Assembly: GCA_001600815.1 (NCBI GenBank)
Contig: BCKZ01000004.1
Location: 682,001-746,000, forward strand
Origin: Alloascoidea hylecoeti
Lineage: Eukaryota
Direction: 5' to 3'
DNA length: 64,000 nucleotides
A model generated the notes under the pieces. It was not told the DNA's origin and ran no database searches. It worked only from the letters and a program-made list of their open reading frames with translations. The translations under genes were made by a program, and so were the position numbers. Below are positions 27,615-39,360 of the stretch, in pieces (positions within the stretch are counted from its first letter, which is position 1; the number at the start of each line of letters is the position of its first letter).

Positions 27615-28056
27615 AGCTTAACGTATTTAGAAAAGAATCAGACAGATAGAGTCCATGATTATAGATTCGAGTATTTCTAAGTCTTCCGGTTATCTCTTTG
27701 AGTTTATTTCTGCCACATTGACGAATGTACCAATATTACATTATTTGTTCAAACATATCTTCCAATCGAGAAAGATTTGGATCCAGAGCGTTTATTTTAG
27801 TTTCTAATTGTCTGATTCTTAGATTGATATCGTTTATTTTGAATTGTGTAAATTTAAGATTTATCGTTTCGATAATTTTTGTTTGACAGTTTTCTGACAA
27901 TATTTTAGATTCAGTGTTATAATATTTTATCCCCTTTAATAATGTAATTATACGTATATCATTTAGATCTATTATCCTAGTGGAATTTGAAGCCATGTTA
28001 CAAAAATCTGAACAAGAATCGGTAATGCTCAAAGGTGACTCTATATGTGTAAACTT
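27615..28056 (-). pseudogene. Orphan coiled-coil family copy 3, decayed
   Basis: Start position reads AAG TTT ACA versus ATG TCY ACA in the other copies; premature stop at 27736; remnants of the C-terminal EILGF..YLF block lie downstream. Confidence 0.75.
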
Positions 28057-28779
28057 CTAGTAATTATAGATCTAGAGGAACAGAATATAGGTAGATGTAT
28101 TGTTGTTTATAATATAGACAAAAATTTGAATAGTTGGATTGTCATTATAAGATAGCTATAGTGTATGTATATCTTATATTTAGTTGATTATGATATAATA
28201 AATAAGATAAATAAATAAGTACTATTGTGTTTTTATAATCACTCAAGAACAACTAGTTAACTAGTAACCAATCTATAGACCACTCAATTATACTTAATAT
28301 ATCGAAAAAGGCAACTCCAAAGATGACTTATATTATATACCGAAACTCATAATTCGCATGAAGATGAGAAAAAGATTATATATTACTAATTTGGACATTA
28401 CATCATCATCAACCATAATATAAACACTGTTCTTTAAATGATCCACTAATTGATTAAGCTTGTAATTGAACAAACTTTGGTTGCAATTAGCACTGTGATA
28501 TGTATTGATTAATTAGTTGGAATTTTAATCATGATTTAAGAAATCCATACTAGACCTTATTACTGGTTAATTGATCAAGAACAAAGAACAAAATAACACC
28601 CTAAAACATTGTATTTCATTCATTTATAACTAATTTCTGATAGTCAGTAGCTCTAGATTTACATTTAAATTTATCTCAGAAAGAAGAACTAATTAGTATC
28701 TTCTTATATAAATACAAGCTTAAAGTCTTGACTTAGATCCAAAGAAAAAAAAGATCTTGGCTATCATAGTTACAAAACA

Positions 28780-28995
28780 ATGAATAATTATACTAATACT
28801 CCCGGTACATATCTAATGGGCGATACAGTTATTGTGGCCAAGGTCGTGAACGACCGTTATAGTTTTGAGTTCAAAGCACCTCGAGTTGGTGCACATTATA
28901 CAGAAGTTTTCACCGAGGACGGAAATTATAACATTTGTGGGAGAAGATGTGAACTTGAAAACGGGAAATTTAAGGGTGTCAAATCCCACTCATAA
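28780..28995 (+). CDS. Small orphan protein (71 aa)
   Basis: TATATAAATA at 28705, strong context ACAAAACA-ATG, higher GC than flanks, globular composition. Confidence 0.6.
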   Translation: MNNYTNTPGTYLMGDTVIVAKVVNDRYSFEFKAPRVGAHYTEVFTEDGNYNICGRRCELENGKFKGVKSHS

Positions 28996-29268
28996 TGAAA
29001 TCATTATTTGATATGTTATTTGGTACATTTCAGAACGTTGTTATATGCAGATGATGAGCATTTATTAATATTTAAATTTGAAACTGTTTATGTGTTGGAA
29101 AATATTTATCGCTCTTTATACTTTTTTTACTTATTATATAATTAATCAAAAATAAAGCATTGATGTTGAAATGTTAACTTCAAATCTTCAGTAATGGTAA
29201 GCTAAAAATAAATAGGTGCTTGAATCGATCTTTTGTAAATGCAAATGATGTATAAATCATAAAATTGA

Positions 29269-29777
29269 TTAAAGCTTCCCTTCTTTAATAAATGATGTGG
29301 AAGTTATTTTACCCTTTTGCACCAAATCTTGAAGGTCTGAATTTCCACCGATGAAATGACCATTTATAAAAATGAATGGGACAGTCTTTTGACCAGTTAT
29401 TGAAGTTAATTCCTTTTGAATTTCAGGTCCTTCCACTATTTTGAGAGCGTTATAATTAGTATTAATAATCAAAGTTAAAGACAAAAAACAAAAAGAACTA
29501 CTCACACATCTCATCGAGTTCCAGTACCTTTGATTTAAACCCTAATTCTTCTAATGTCTTCTTGCTCCGTACACAAAATCTTATTCTCGTTGTTAGAAAA
29601 TAGATCCATATCTATGATTACCTTCAATTAATTACTTACGGACAATATCTGTATAGAATCATTCAGTTAATTTTATTTCAACAATAGATTCAACAAACAT
29701 ACTCACGATTTAGAGCCAACAAATGCCTGAGATCCTTTAATTAGATTTAGTATATTATTCTTGATTACTCCCGACAT
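29269..29777 (-). CDS. Dithiol glutaredoxin (Grx1/2-like); exons 29777-29707, 29648-29640, 29579-29506, 29435-29269
   Basis: Spliced product gives SKSYCPFC, TGQKTVPFIFING and IGGNSDL; three GT-AG introns. Confidence 0.9.
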
Positions 29778-29899
29778 TGGTGCACAATTATTGGTGAAGT
29801 TTCTATGGAGAAGAAGATTTATAACCAAAAAGAAATATAATATATTACGTAATAATGATGGTAAATATTACATAATGCTACATTAGGATTAACTATTTA

Positions 29900-31008
29900 T
29901 TAATGACCGCCGGTAGTTGGTAAACCGACCCATAATTTGAAAGAATCATAAATTAACCATTGAGACCCGGTCAGAGTACCAATCATAAGGATTCTAACTG
30001 GCAAACCATTCCATAAGCCTGACATACCAATTTTTTGATAAATTCTAACGGTTGCAGCTAACATTGTTTCACTTGCCGTTTTTTCTGAGTTTATCTTTGA
30101 AACCATTACATCTGCTGGATGAGATATAATTGCACAAAATATACCTGCAATATAACCACCTAAAAATGAAACCCCAGTTTGTTGTAGAGAAGAGTATTCA
30201 CTTTTTGATTTTGGTAATTTGGCATAGATCTGTTCAACTACTTTTTCAAAAGTTGCAAACTTTGCCATTGTATATGGAATCTGTCTAAGCCATAATGGTG
30301 TTAAACCTTTATATAAACCTGCAATGCCTTCCTTCGCAGTGATTTTCTTCCATCCGTCGAAAGCAGAAGTAGCGAAAGGAGGGATTGTAGTTTGAGTTTT
30401 CACCTTAATTGCTTCAAATGGACACAAAAATAAATCAGCAATGAACTCGGCTGATGCAGAAGATGCTAAAAACACACCAGTGTTATATTTCTTTGCAAAA
30501 TCTGTTCCAACTAAATTGGCATAATGATATTTAAAAAATTCATATAAACCATATTTACCAGCACCTTGGAATGAATAACCAATAAATGTTGCTCCAACAC
30601 CTGTAAAAATTCCACCGATTCCTTCGGTTGTGATAATTGATTTCCATGCTTGGAAATTGCTTTTATAAAGTGTTGGATCAACTTGAAGACGACATTTAAC
30701 CAAATCTAATGGTGTTACACTTGAATGAGTAGGTCCACAGGCTATACATTATCATTATAATTAGTTTTTAATTGATCACTTGCAGAATATCATATAGGTA
30801 AGAACTACTTACCTAGCATTCCACCAAGACCACACGTCAAGAAATACTCCGGTGAATTTAGCTTAATTGTTTTCTTCGCTGGAGCAGCATCTAAAGCTGA
30901 ATTTAAGATATAACGGTTATTGTTGTTACTCTTCAATTGACTTAAGCCGATTGAGCTGGAAGCGTTAGCAACTGTTTGAGACGATGGAAATAAACCGTTA
31001 TAGACCAT
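29900..31008 (-). CDS. PIC2: Mitochondrial phosphate/copper carrier; exons 31008-30813, 30741-29900
   Basis: [39 protein letters not shown]; carrier-family Px(D/E)xx(K/R)-type motifs. Confidence 0.9.
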
Positions 31009-32227
31009 AGTAATTAATTGTTAAATATGGGCAAAGAAACAAGGAAAAGACTATTATTTATCAGTTGCATGTTGCTCTATTTAAAGTTTCATCTATCAAC
31101 GTCATTGTAACTGAACATTATCCGATCTATGCCGGTCACAACAGAACATAAAAAGCGCATAAGACAGACCGTGCCGATATATTTATATTTGGTAGGTCAT
31201 TCTATGGTTAACAAAAACCGAATGTGCCGGAAACCCAATTGAACTCGAAATATATATCGATATCCATAACAATCGCATTTACCGCTAATGCTGCAGATGT
31301 AGTCATTTCACTTAATTTGGACCACAGTGACTACTAATTATCTGCCACATTATTGCCGGTGCGATCCGTTAATATGCAGGGATAAGGAACAGCTTCGGAC
31401 GCCAAACCCAGCCGAAAATTAGTAAAGGGTGGCCAACAAATAGTAGTCATAATGGCTGATATTCAGTAAACGTCTCTAAAACCTTGTACTGTAATATACG
31501 CGGTTTACACCAACAAAAGTGTAAATATCATACCTGATGATTCTGAATCATTTCAATTTTTTTCCAGATTTCCTTTCTTTTCTTCTAACAAAACTCATTG
31601 GAATTGTAGATTCACTAAAATATACCGGTATACTTTTTTTTAATAAAACTTCATATACTTCAGTCTCTTTTATTTTTTCGTTTCTAATTTTTTCGTTTTA
31701 ATTTATTAATTGCAATTAATCCCTCATTTCATGGACGAATCTCTAAATTCACGATTCACATGTCCTCATTTAACTGAATCGTTTTGATTCAATCTTGAAG
31801 ATCATGAGATGGAAATTATTTGTTTAATTTCATTTTAAATTAATTTTTAATGTGGGGATTAAATTGTTGCTAGAAGAAGAAAGTGTATCATAGTTCGTGT
31901 TAACTATTTTTGATTCTTTTGAAAATTCATAGTTAAGACGTCTCCAATCACACAAACATTATTTGACATAGTATATAAGTTATTATGATATATAGGTATA
32001 TTTTATATAAAATATGATGATATATTGATAATGACACTTTTTACTCTTTAAATACAAACTTCAAATGTAGCTACCAACTTCATACTTTTATGTACTCTCA
32101 CTTTCACTTTATCATCAACTCTTTTCTCACCTTCTTTCTGTTAATTTTTTTACTTTCATTTTTATTTTCTTCACTCATCATGTATACCACTTTATGTGAT
32201 AATTAAGTTCAACTAATTGATATCTTT

Positions 32228-33442
32228 TTAAGTTTTATTTTGACTTTGACTTGGGTTTTGATTTTGATTCTGGTTTTGGTTTTGGTTTGGATTCTTCTTC
32301 TTTCTATACTTTTTAAATGGTTTATCCTTTTCATTATTTGAAGTTCCATTTCCTTGAGAAGATGAGTGACCATTATTATTATTATCTTTTGAATCATTCT
32401 CATTGTTACTCTTCTTCTTCCTATAATTATTGTGACGCCAGTATTTCTTGGGTCCAGGTTCAGTAACATTTGTTTTTCCCTCTTTAATTTCCTTTGTACT
32501 ACTAATAGGTGTAGTATTGGTTGAAGTATTAACATCACCATCATCATTGTTTTTATTTTCACTTTCCTTGCTTTCATTTACATTTTCTTTATCATTATTA
32601 AGAATATTAATATCACTTTGAGTCTCTTCTTGTTCTTCTCCACCAACATTGATTTCACTTTCATTAATAAACGATACAGGAGCATTATTAACATTATTAT
32701 TTTCATTGTGTTCGAATTTATCGTTTTTATCATCATTATGTCCATTTTCTTCATTTTCCTCCTCCTCATCAAGAAGATTAGCGGGGAAAAAACTTTCTAA
32801 TGGTTGATTGGACTCTTCTTTAATTTTACCATAAGTAACATCATCAACAATTATATCATCTGATGATTCATAGAGTTTATCAATTGCCTCTAAACTAGAA
32901 TCATCACCTAAGTAAATGGTCTTCAATAAATTTTCAAAAGCAATATTTAAGGATGAATTTGAATCTGTATCTTTATATTGTAAAATTAATGAAATTGTTC
33001 TTAAAAATCTTGTTAATAAACTAATTTTTTCTCTTGATTTTAATTCTTGTTCAATTATAATTTTTTTATTTTCTTCAATTATTTTTAATTCCATTTCTTT
33101 TTTAATTGTTTCAATTTCATTTTTAACTTCCAAAGTTTTCAAGTTATAAACAGTTAAAAAATCATTCAATTCTTTTAATGGAGCTTCAACAGCATCTTTA
33201 TGTTTTAAAGCATTGATTTGATCTTGATTTAATTCAGGTGCTTCTGGGTCATTAGCCAATTGTTCATATTTCTCTAACTTTTGTTTTCTCTTTTGTAAAT
33301 TACGGATACGCTTGTAACAATGATCAAGAACAATATCAGTTTTAATATCGTCCGGTGGAAGATCTAGAATGTTAAAAGATGGAGGTGGAGAAGGAGAAAC
33401 AGAGTTCTGCTGCTGTTGTTTTTTAGATTTTTTTGGAGCCAT
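32228..33442 (-). CDS. Caprin-like (HR1 coiled-coil) protein with acidic and Asn/Gln-rich disordered tail
   Basis: KRIRNLQKRKQKLEKYE...LNQDQINAL resembles the Caprin HR1 motif KKxRNLEKKKxKL...LNQDQxxA; first ATG at 33442. Confidence 0.7.
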   Translation of the reverse strand: MAPKKSKKQQQQNSVSPSPPPSFNILDLPPDDIKTDIVLDHCYKRIRNLQKRKQKLEKYEQLANDPEAPELNQDQINALKHKDAVEAPLKELNDFLTVYNLKTLEVKNEIETIKKEMELKIIEENKKIIIEQELKSREKISLLTRFLRTISLILQYKDTDSNSSLNIAFENLLKTIYLGDDSSLEAIDKLYESSDDIIVDDVTYGKIKEESNQPLESFFPANLLDEEEENEENGHNDDKNDKFEHNENNNVNNAPVSFINESEINVGGEEQEETQSDINILNNDKENVNESKESENKNNDDGDVNTSTNTTPISSTKEIKEGKTNVTEPGPKKYWRHNNYRKKKSNNENDSKDNNNNGHSSSQGNGTSNNEKDKPFKKYRKKKNPNQNQNQNQNQNPSQSQNKT

Positions 33443-33637
33443 TGGCAAAAGATAATTATTCCGTTTTGAGAAGGAGGATGAAAATTTCTGGTGATGAAAA
33501 ATTTAAGTGGTTTTGTTCACTTTTTTCCACGTGCACCTCATTTTGCTAAGTTTCACTCTTCTGAATCTGAATCTGTGGCTTTTTGACATTTTTATTATTC
33601 TTCAAAAACATATAAATTCTTCACAAAGAAATCAAAA

Positions 33638-35083
33638 ATGGCTTCTGCCGTGTTTTTCCTGGACTTAAAAGGTAAACCACTGCTTTCTCGTAATTATCGT
33701 GGTGATGTGAATCTCTCGGCTGTTGAGAAATTCCCACTGCTGCTGCTGGAAGCCGAAGAAGAAAGCAGTGCTGTTCCTCCCTGTTTCTCAAATGATGGAG
33801 TTAATGTATGTTTATTGATGTTCAACCACTTGTTTTTTTCAATTTTAACTGACTTTTGTTATAAAATAGTATCTATATATATCTCACAATAATTTGTACT
33901 TGCTTGCACTAACAAAGAGAAATGACAACGCTTCTGAAATTCTCCTGTTTTTACACAGAATAGTTGAGGTATGTTTTCAATCCTCACTGTTTTTCTTTGA
34001 TCCAATCTATACTAATTATTGTTTTATCAGGTTCTCACACAATATTTCAAAGAATTGGAAGAAGAGTCAATTCGTGATAATTTCGTAGTCATTTATGAAT
34101 TATTGGATGAAATGATGGATTTTGGGTATCCTCAAACAACAGATACAAAAATACTAAAGGAATATATTACACAAGAAAGTCACACTCTTGAGATTCAAAA
34201 ACGCCCTCCTGTTGCAGTAACAAATGCTGTATCATGGCGTTCAGAAGGAATTATATATAAGAAAAATGAAGCATTTCTTGATGTGGTTGAATCAGTTAAT
34301 ATGTTAATGAATTCTCATGGACAAGTTTTACGTTCTGAAATTCTTGGAAAAATTAAAATTAAATCACATTTATCAGGTATGCCTGATTTACGTCTTGGAT
34401 TAAATGATAAAGGTATGTTTGATTTAAATAATTCAAATACATCTGGTGGTAATGCAAATGGAAATGGTCATAATAATAAAGGTAAAGCAATTGAAATGGA
34501 AGATGTTAAATTTCATCAATGTGTTAGATTATCGAAGTTTGAAAATGAAAGAATTATTACTTTTATACCACCAGATGGAGAATTTGAATTAATGTCATAT
34601 CGTTTATCAACTCCAATTAAACCTTTAATTTGGGTTGATTGTAAAATAAATACTTTTAGTAATTCAAGAATTGAAATTCATGCAAAAGCAAGAGCACAAA
34701 TTAAAAGAAAATCAACGGCAAATAATGTTGAAATTATTATACCAATTCCTTCAGATGCTGACTCACCACATTTTAAACAAACTGCTGGTTCATGTAAATG
34801 GGTACCAGAAAAATCATGTATAATTTGGAAAATTAAACAATTTGGCGGTGGTAAAGAATTTGCAATGCAATCACAATTAGGATTACCAAGTGTTAAAGCA
34901 AATGATGATACAGCTGGTAAATCAAAAAGACCAATTGAAGTTAAATTTGAAATTCCTTATTTTACAACTTCTGGTATTCAAGTAAGATATTTAAGAATTA
35001 ATGAACCAAAATTGCAATATCCTTCTTATCCTTGGGTTAGATATATTACTCAATCTGGTGATGATTATACAATTAGGATCTAA
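33638..35083 (+). CDS. APM1: AP-1 adaptor mu1 subunit; exons 33638-33805, 33870-33968, 34031-35083
   Basis: MASAVFFLDLKGK, IRDNFVVIYELLDEMMDFGYPQ, FIPPDGEFELMSYR, PWVRYITQSG; two GTATGT introns. Confidence 0.96.
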
Positions 35084-35669
35084 TAACAAAATAAATAAAT
35101 TTAAAAGATAAAAAAGAAATGAAACAAGAGAAATTTAGTAATTAAATTAGAAGAAAAAACTTTCCGTCATGGAGAGAGTTATAACTGATAAAGAGAGACC
35201 ATCGATATGATATCACAAGTTATTATAATTAATGAAAGAATGTGTGTAATCAATATATCTTTCCTGACATCCTATAAATAGGCCTATATACTATAATCGT
35301 TTAATGCTAGAATATTCAATCGCAATATTCAATTGCAAAATTCCGTAACTATTTCGATCCTTAGTATATTACTCTGATAAATTCTCAGGGTATAACCGAA
35401 TTCGAATGTTTGTTGCCAACCATGTTTAAATTCCTTCGCCGTCCATAGTAGTCCATAGATTCCATAGTATGGAATCTGGATATCAATAATTATTTTTAAC
35501 TAATTATCATCTAGATCTAAGGGGGGTGGTTGGTAATTATCTTGGTACGTAAAATATAAATCGATATGGATTGAAACAAATTATAATTATATGCAAGATG
35601 CACCCACCTCTTTTTATTGCCTTCTTATGATTATAGCTCAATTTATTGTAGTAGCTATGAGTCTTGTAT

Positions 35670-36271
35670 ATATAAAGATCATGGATATCCATCAATTATA
35701 ACCTCATCCAAAACTAATAATCATCATTCATACTTTACATATAAGCACAATGCAATTTTCAACCATCTTCACACTCACAGCTGTCTTCCTCCAAGCAGTC
35801 TTTGCTACATCCACAACTTCAAATTATCTTCAGTATGTTTCATACACAGAGTCCAGTGTTCTGGCGCAACAATCTGTTATCTCAGCAGCCGTCAATTCAG
35901 TTAAAGCTGGTGAATCTACATATCTTAAGTCGCTATATGCCAGTGAATCAGCTGTGGCCTCTGCAGCCTCTGCCACAACTACTCTTCTTACTTCTTACTT
36001 GTCAGGTNCTTCTATTGCTTCAGATGTCNCATCAGTTGCAACTACAATAAAAGCATCCGGAAGCAATGNTAAAACCACATCTAAATCCGCTTCAACAAAA
36101 TCATCTAATGAAGAATCAGCATCAGAATCATTTTCCCAATCATCAGCTACTATTTCAGTTAATGGATCAACCAGTTCTGCTGATTCTATTAAGTTCAGTA
36201 ATGAAGCATCTAGAAAGTTAATGATGGTTCTTTTAGCTATGATAATTGGCTCAGTTACTTTTGGATTATAA
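35670..36271 (+). repeat. Right arm of ~600 bp inverted repeat (partner 11974-12575)
   Basis: Sequence identity from the TATA box to the stop codon. Confidence 0.95.
35750..36271 (+). CDS. Ser/Ala/Thr-rich putative GPI-anchored surface protein, copy 2
   Basis: Identical to copy 1 except P>L and I>V in the C-terminal hydrophobic signal. Confidence 0.85.
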   Translation: MQFSTIFTLTAVFLQAVFATSTTSNYLQYVSYTESSVLAQQSVISAAVNSVKAGESTYLKSLYASESAVASAASATTTLLTSYLSGXSIASDVXSVATTIKASGSNXKTTSKSASTKSSNEESASESFSQSSATISVNGSTSSADSIKFSNEASRKLMMVLLAMIIGSVTFGL

Positions 36272-36659
36272 GTTAAACAAGGTTGTAAAAATTCATGTAA
36301 AACATTCACCAATTACCCTCATTATGGCATATCTCTTCATCATTAGCATTTGAACATCAATTCATTTTTTATTTTTTACATATTTATACATTAACACCTC
36401 TGTTAATCGGTTTTTCATTTGATATAATTTGCTAATATACATTAAAATAAATAATAACATATTTAACGTGTATATTTAAGTTTACAGTATTCACGACCAC
36501 AAATATAATAGTAGTACGATTAGATAAAAATAGTAGCATTCAATAGTTATTTTCCCAAAAAGGTAGTATTTCAAAACAAAAAAAAAGTTAGAGAAGTAAG
36601 TACGGCAGCAAAAAAAAACATAATCCCCGGCTTTGTCTCCGTTCCATTTAGGCTTTTTC

Positions 36660-37275
36660 AGTTGATCCAGAACCCAAGATGATATAGTATCCTTGGGTCA
36701 GGAATTACATAGAGGCCTCGAGTCCATTGATGAAATGGATGTTCTTATAACAAAAGTCATTGGTGTGATGTGGGGATCTTCAAAAATCCTGATTCGTTCC
36801 TTGAAAATACGCGTTGTACAAGATTGTCAACTCTCAAAAGTTCGTAAACTTTATCATACCCCCTTGAAAATACCCCCTTTACAGTGCTCATGAAGAACAT
36901 CCTTAAGGTATCCAATATTGATGTGGAAATTTCAAAGGAATTGGAATATCGAGATCCAAATCTTGACTTGGCTGCAGTTATTGATTCGTTAGATTCAAGA
37001 TTTTTGTGATTACAGCAGAGCTTATGTCTTTAAGGCCCTCATAGTATATCATGTTACTAGGCTTATCAGGATTGATTACAGATAATAAACGGTTAAGTCC
37101 ATATTCATCCAACTGTTCCATGGCATGTTACCTTTTGTGAATGATGAGGATAATGAAGTGTTAAATGATGTCTTCAAGTATATTAAAAACATTCATGATC
37201 ATCTACCGAAGAATAAAAAAGAGTCTCAATACAATCATATCATATCGATTGATTTCATAATTATTATAGGTTGAC
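36660..37275 (+). pseudogene. Fragmented coding-like relic of unknown origin
   Basis: Successive broken protein-like frames (e.g. MKNILKVSNIDVEISKELEYRDPNLDL, IFIQLFHGMLPFVNDEDNEVLNDVFKYIK). Confidence 0.3.
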
Positions 37276-37509
37276 TATAAGATATACAAACTAATGTTTC
37301 ATATTTTAAAAAAAGGTTTAAAGGGTAAAAAAAAAATATATAAAAAAATAAAATGATCATTGCTTTCAAAACATTCATTATAATTTCCAAAGAATAACCA
37401 GATATGTCCTAATTTGTTGAAATTCAGCGTCTATAAGTTATTCATTACCATTTGCTCTCCTGCTCTCCTATATTAGCAAGATCAAAATTTAAAATCAAAT
37501 TAATCTAAT

Positions 37510-38934
37510 TTATTGATTGGTTGGACCAACAGCTAAAGTATATTTACCAGTCCATTCATAAATATCATTCTTTAAACTGGTTAATTCATCACTACCTTGG
37601 GCAATAGCAGCTTTGAAATCCTTTAATCTATTTGCTTCCTTTGGCAGACTTTGTTGGGTCTTCAGAGCATATTTAACAGCAGCATCAATGTAATGAACAA
37701 TCTTTTTAAAATCTTCTTCATCTAATCCACGAGTTGTCATTGCTGGAGCACCAATTCTAATACCACCTGGGACTAAAGCAGATTTATCACCTGGAATTGA
37801 GTTCTTATTTAAAGCTATGTTAATTTTTTCACAAACTGTTTCAACTCTAGCACCATCAATGTGTTTGTCTCTTAATGAAACAAGGACCATATGGGAATCA
37901 GTACCATCAGAAACAAGTTTATAACCAAATTTCTTAAATTCAGATTCCAAAGCTTTAGCATTTTTCAAGACTTGTTCTTGATAAGCTTTAAATTCTGGAG
38001 TATGTGCTTGTTTCAATGCAACACTTAATGCAGCAATGGTATGGTTATGTGGACCACCTTGGTGACCAGGGAAAACGGAGAAGTTAATTGGGTTCTCTAA
38101 GTCATATAAGACTTCCTTACCAGTCTTGGCGTTAACAGATCTAACACCACGTCGAAAGAAAATCATAGCACCACGAGGGCCACGAAGAGATTTATGGGTG
38201 GTGGTTGTAACAATATCAGCATATTGGAATGGAGATGGGATGACTTCAGCAGCGATTAAGCCAGAAATGTGGGCCATATCAACAACCAAGTAAGCACCAA
38301 CCTTATCAGCAATCTCTCTCATGCGCTTGTAGTCAATCAATCTACAGTAAGCAGATGTACCAGCAACAAGAACCTTTGGACGGAACAAAACAGCAGTCTT
38401 CTCCAACATATCATAGTCAATGATTCCAGTCTCTAAATCAACACGGTAAGGCATTGTTTCAAAATAAGTTGAAACAGCAGAGATTTTTCTTGAATCAGTT
38501 TGATAACCATGGGACAAATGTCCACCATGAGGTAAATCCAAACCCATTAATCTTTCATGAGGTTTCATAATTGCTTGGTAAACTTGTAAATTTGCTGGAG
38601 AGCCACTTAATGTTTGAACATTAACACCCCATTTATCAGGTGTAACATGGAAAGCTTCAAGAGCTCTTTGTTGACATAAAAGTTCAATTCTATCAATATG
38701 TTCATTACCACCATAATAACGAGCACCAGGATAACCTTCAGAATACTTATTTGATAATGGAGTACCCAAAGCTTCAAAAACAGCAGTTGAAGTAAAATTT
38801 TCAGATGCAATAAGAACAATTGAATGACGTTGACGATCAATCTCATCAGCAACAATTGAGTCGACCAATGGATCAATTTCTTTGAGATGACCAGTGATGA
38901 GGTTCTTTTGGGAAGTAGTTAAAATATCAGGCAT
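37510..38934 (-). CDS. SHM2: Cytosolic serine hydroxymethyltransferase
   Basis: [25 protein letters not shown] lysine in [12 protein letters not shown]; no mitochondrial presequence; strong codon bias. Confidence 0.97.
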   Translation of the reverse strand: MPDILTTSQKNLITGHLKEIDPLVDSIVADEIDRQRHSIVLIASENFTSTAVFEALGTPLSNKYSEGYPGARYYGGNEHIDRIELLCQQRALEAFHVTPDKWGVNVQTLSGSPANLQVYQAIMKPHERLMGLDLPHGGHLSHGYQTDSRKISAVSTYFETMPYRVDLETGIIDYDMLEKTAVLFRPKVLVAGTSAYCRLIDYKRMREIADKVGAYLVVDMAHISGLIAAEVIPSPFQYADIVTTTTHKSLRGPRGAMIFFRRGVRSVNAKTGKEVLYDLENPINFSVFPGHQGGPHNHTIAALSVALKQAHTPEFKAYQEQVLKNAKALESEFKKFGYKLVSDGTDSHMVLVSLRDKHIDGARVETVCEKINIALNKNSIPGDKSALVPGGIRIGAPAMTTRGLDEEDFKKIVHYIDAAVKYALKTQQSLPKEANRLKDFKAAIAQGSDELTSLKNDIYEWTGKYTLAVGPTNQ

Positions 38935-39033
38935 TGTGTTTTTTAAATGAATTGAAGGAAATACAAAGAGGAAGAAAGAATAAAATCAAAAGCCGATGGA
39001 GTTTTAAATTTTTCAAAAATGATTCATCTTTTG

Positions 39034-39137
39034 TTACCCGGAATGAGCATCGAGCAAAACGGGCGAACTTTATTTTAATGTATCACGTGTGTGGTGTTTT
39101 GCAGTCAAAAAAAGAAGATCTACAAAATCCGGAGTCA
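39034..39137 (-). promoter_or_regulatory. SHM2 promoter motifs: TTACCCGG (39034), TCACGTG (39083), TGACTC (39132-39137)
   Basis: Exact matches to Reb1, Cbf1 and Bas1/Gcn4 consensus sites within about 200 bp of the ATG. Confidence 0.55.
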
Positions 39138-39360
39138 AATGTGACAGGGGTATTCGTATATGCACACGTATGCAAGGGAGCATCTATATAAAACTGTTTT
39201 ATGGTAAACATTATATTTAAATTTATATATAACTATTGCTATACTTTGAAGAGGTTCAGTCTACTCATTTATCAGCTTCACGATCAGAAGAAATCTTCAA
39301 CCTCCGTAATGATTTTGTTCTTGAGATACAAATAAAAAATCATGTAAACCAACTTAACAA

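Noticed and set aside
12576..35669. Mating-type flip/flop locus between the inverted repeats
   Set aside because: No HMG, alpha-box or homeodomain gene and no SLA2 are visible
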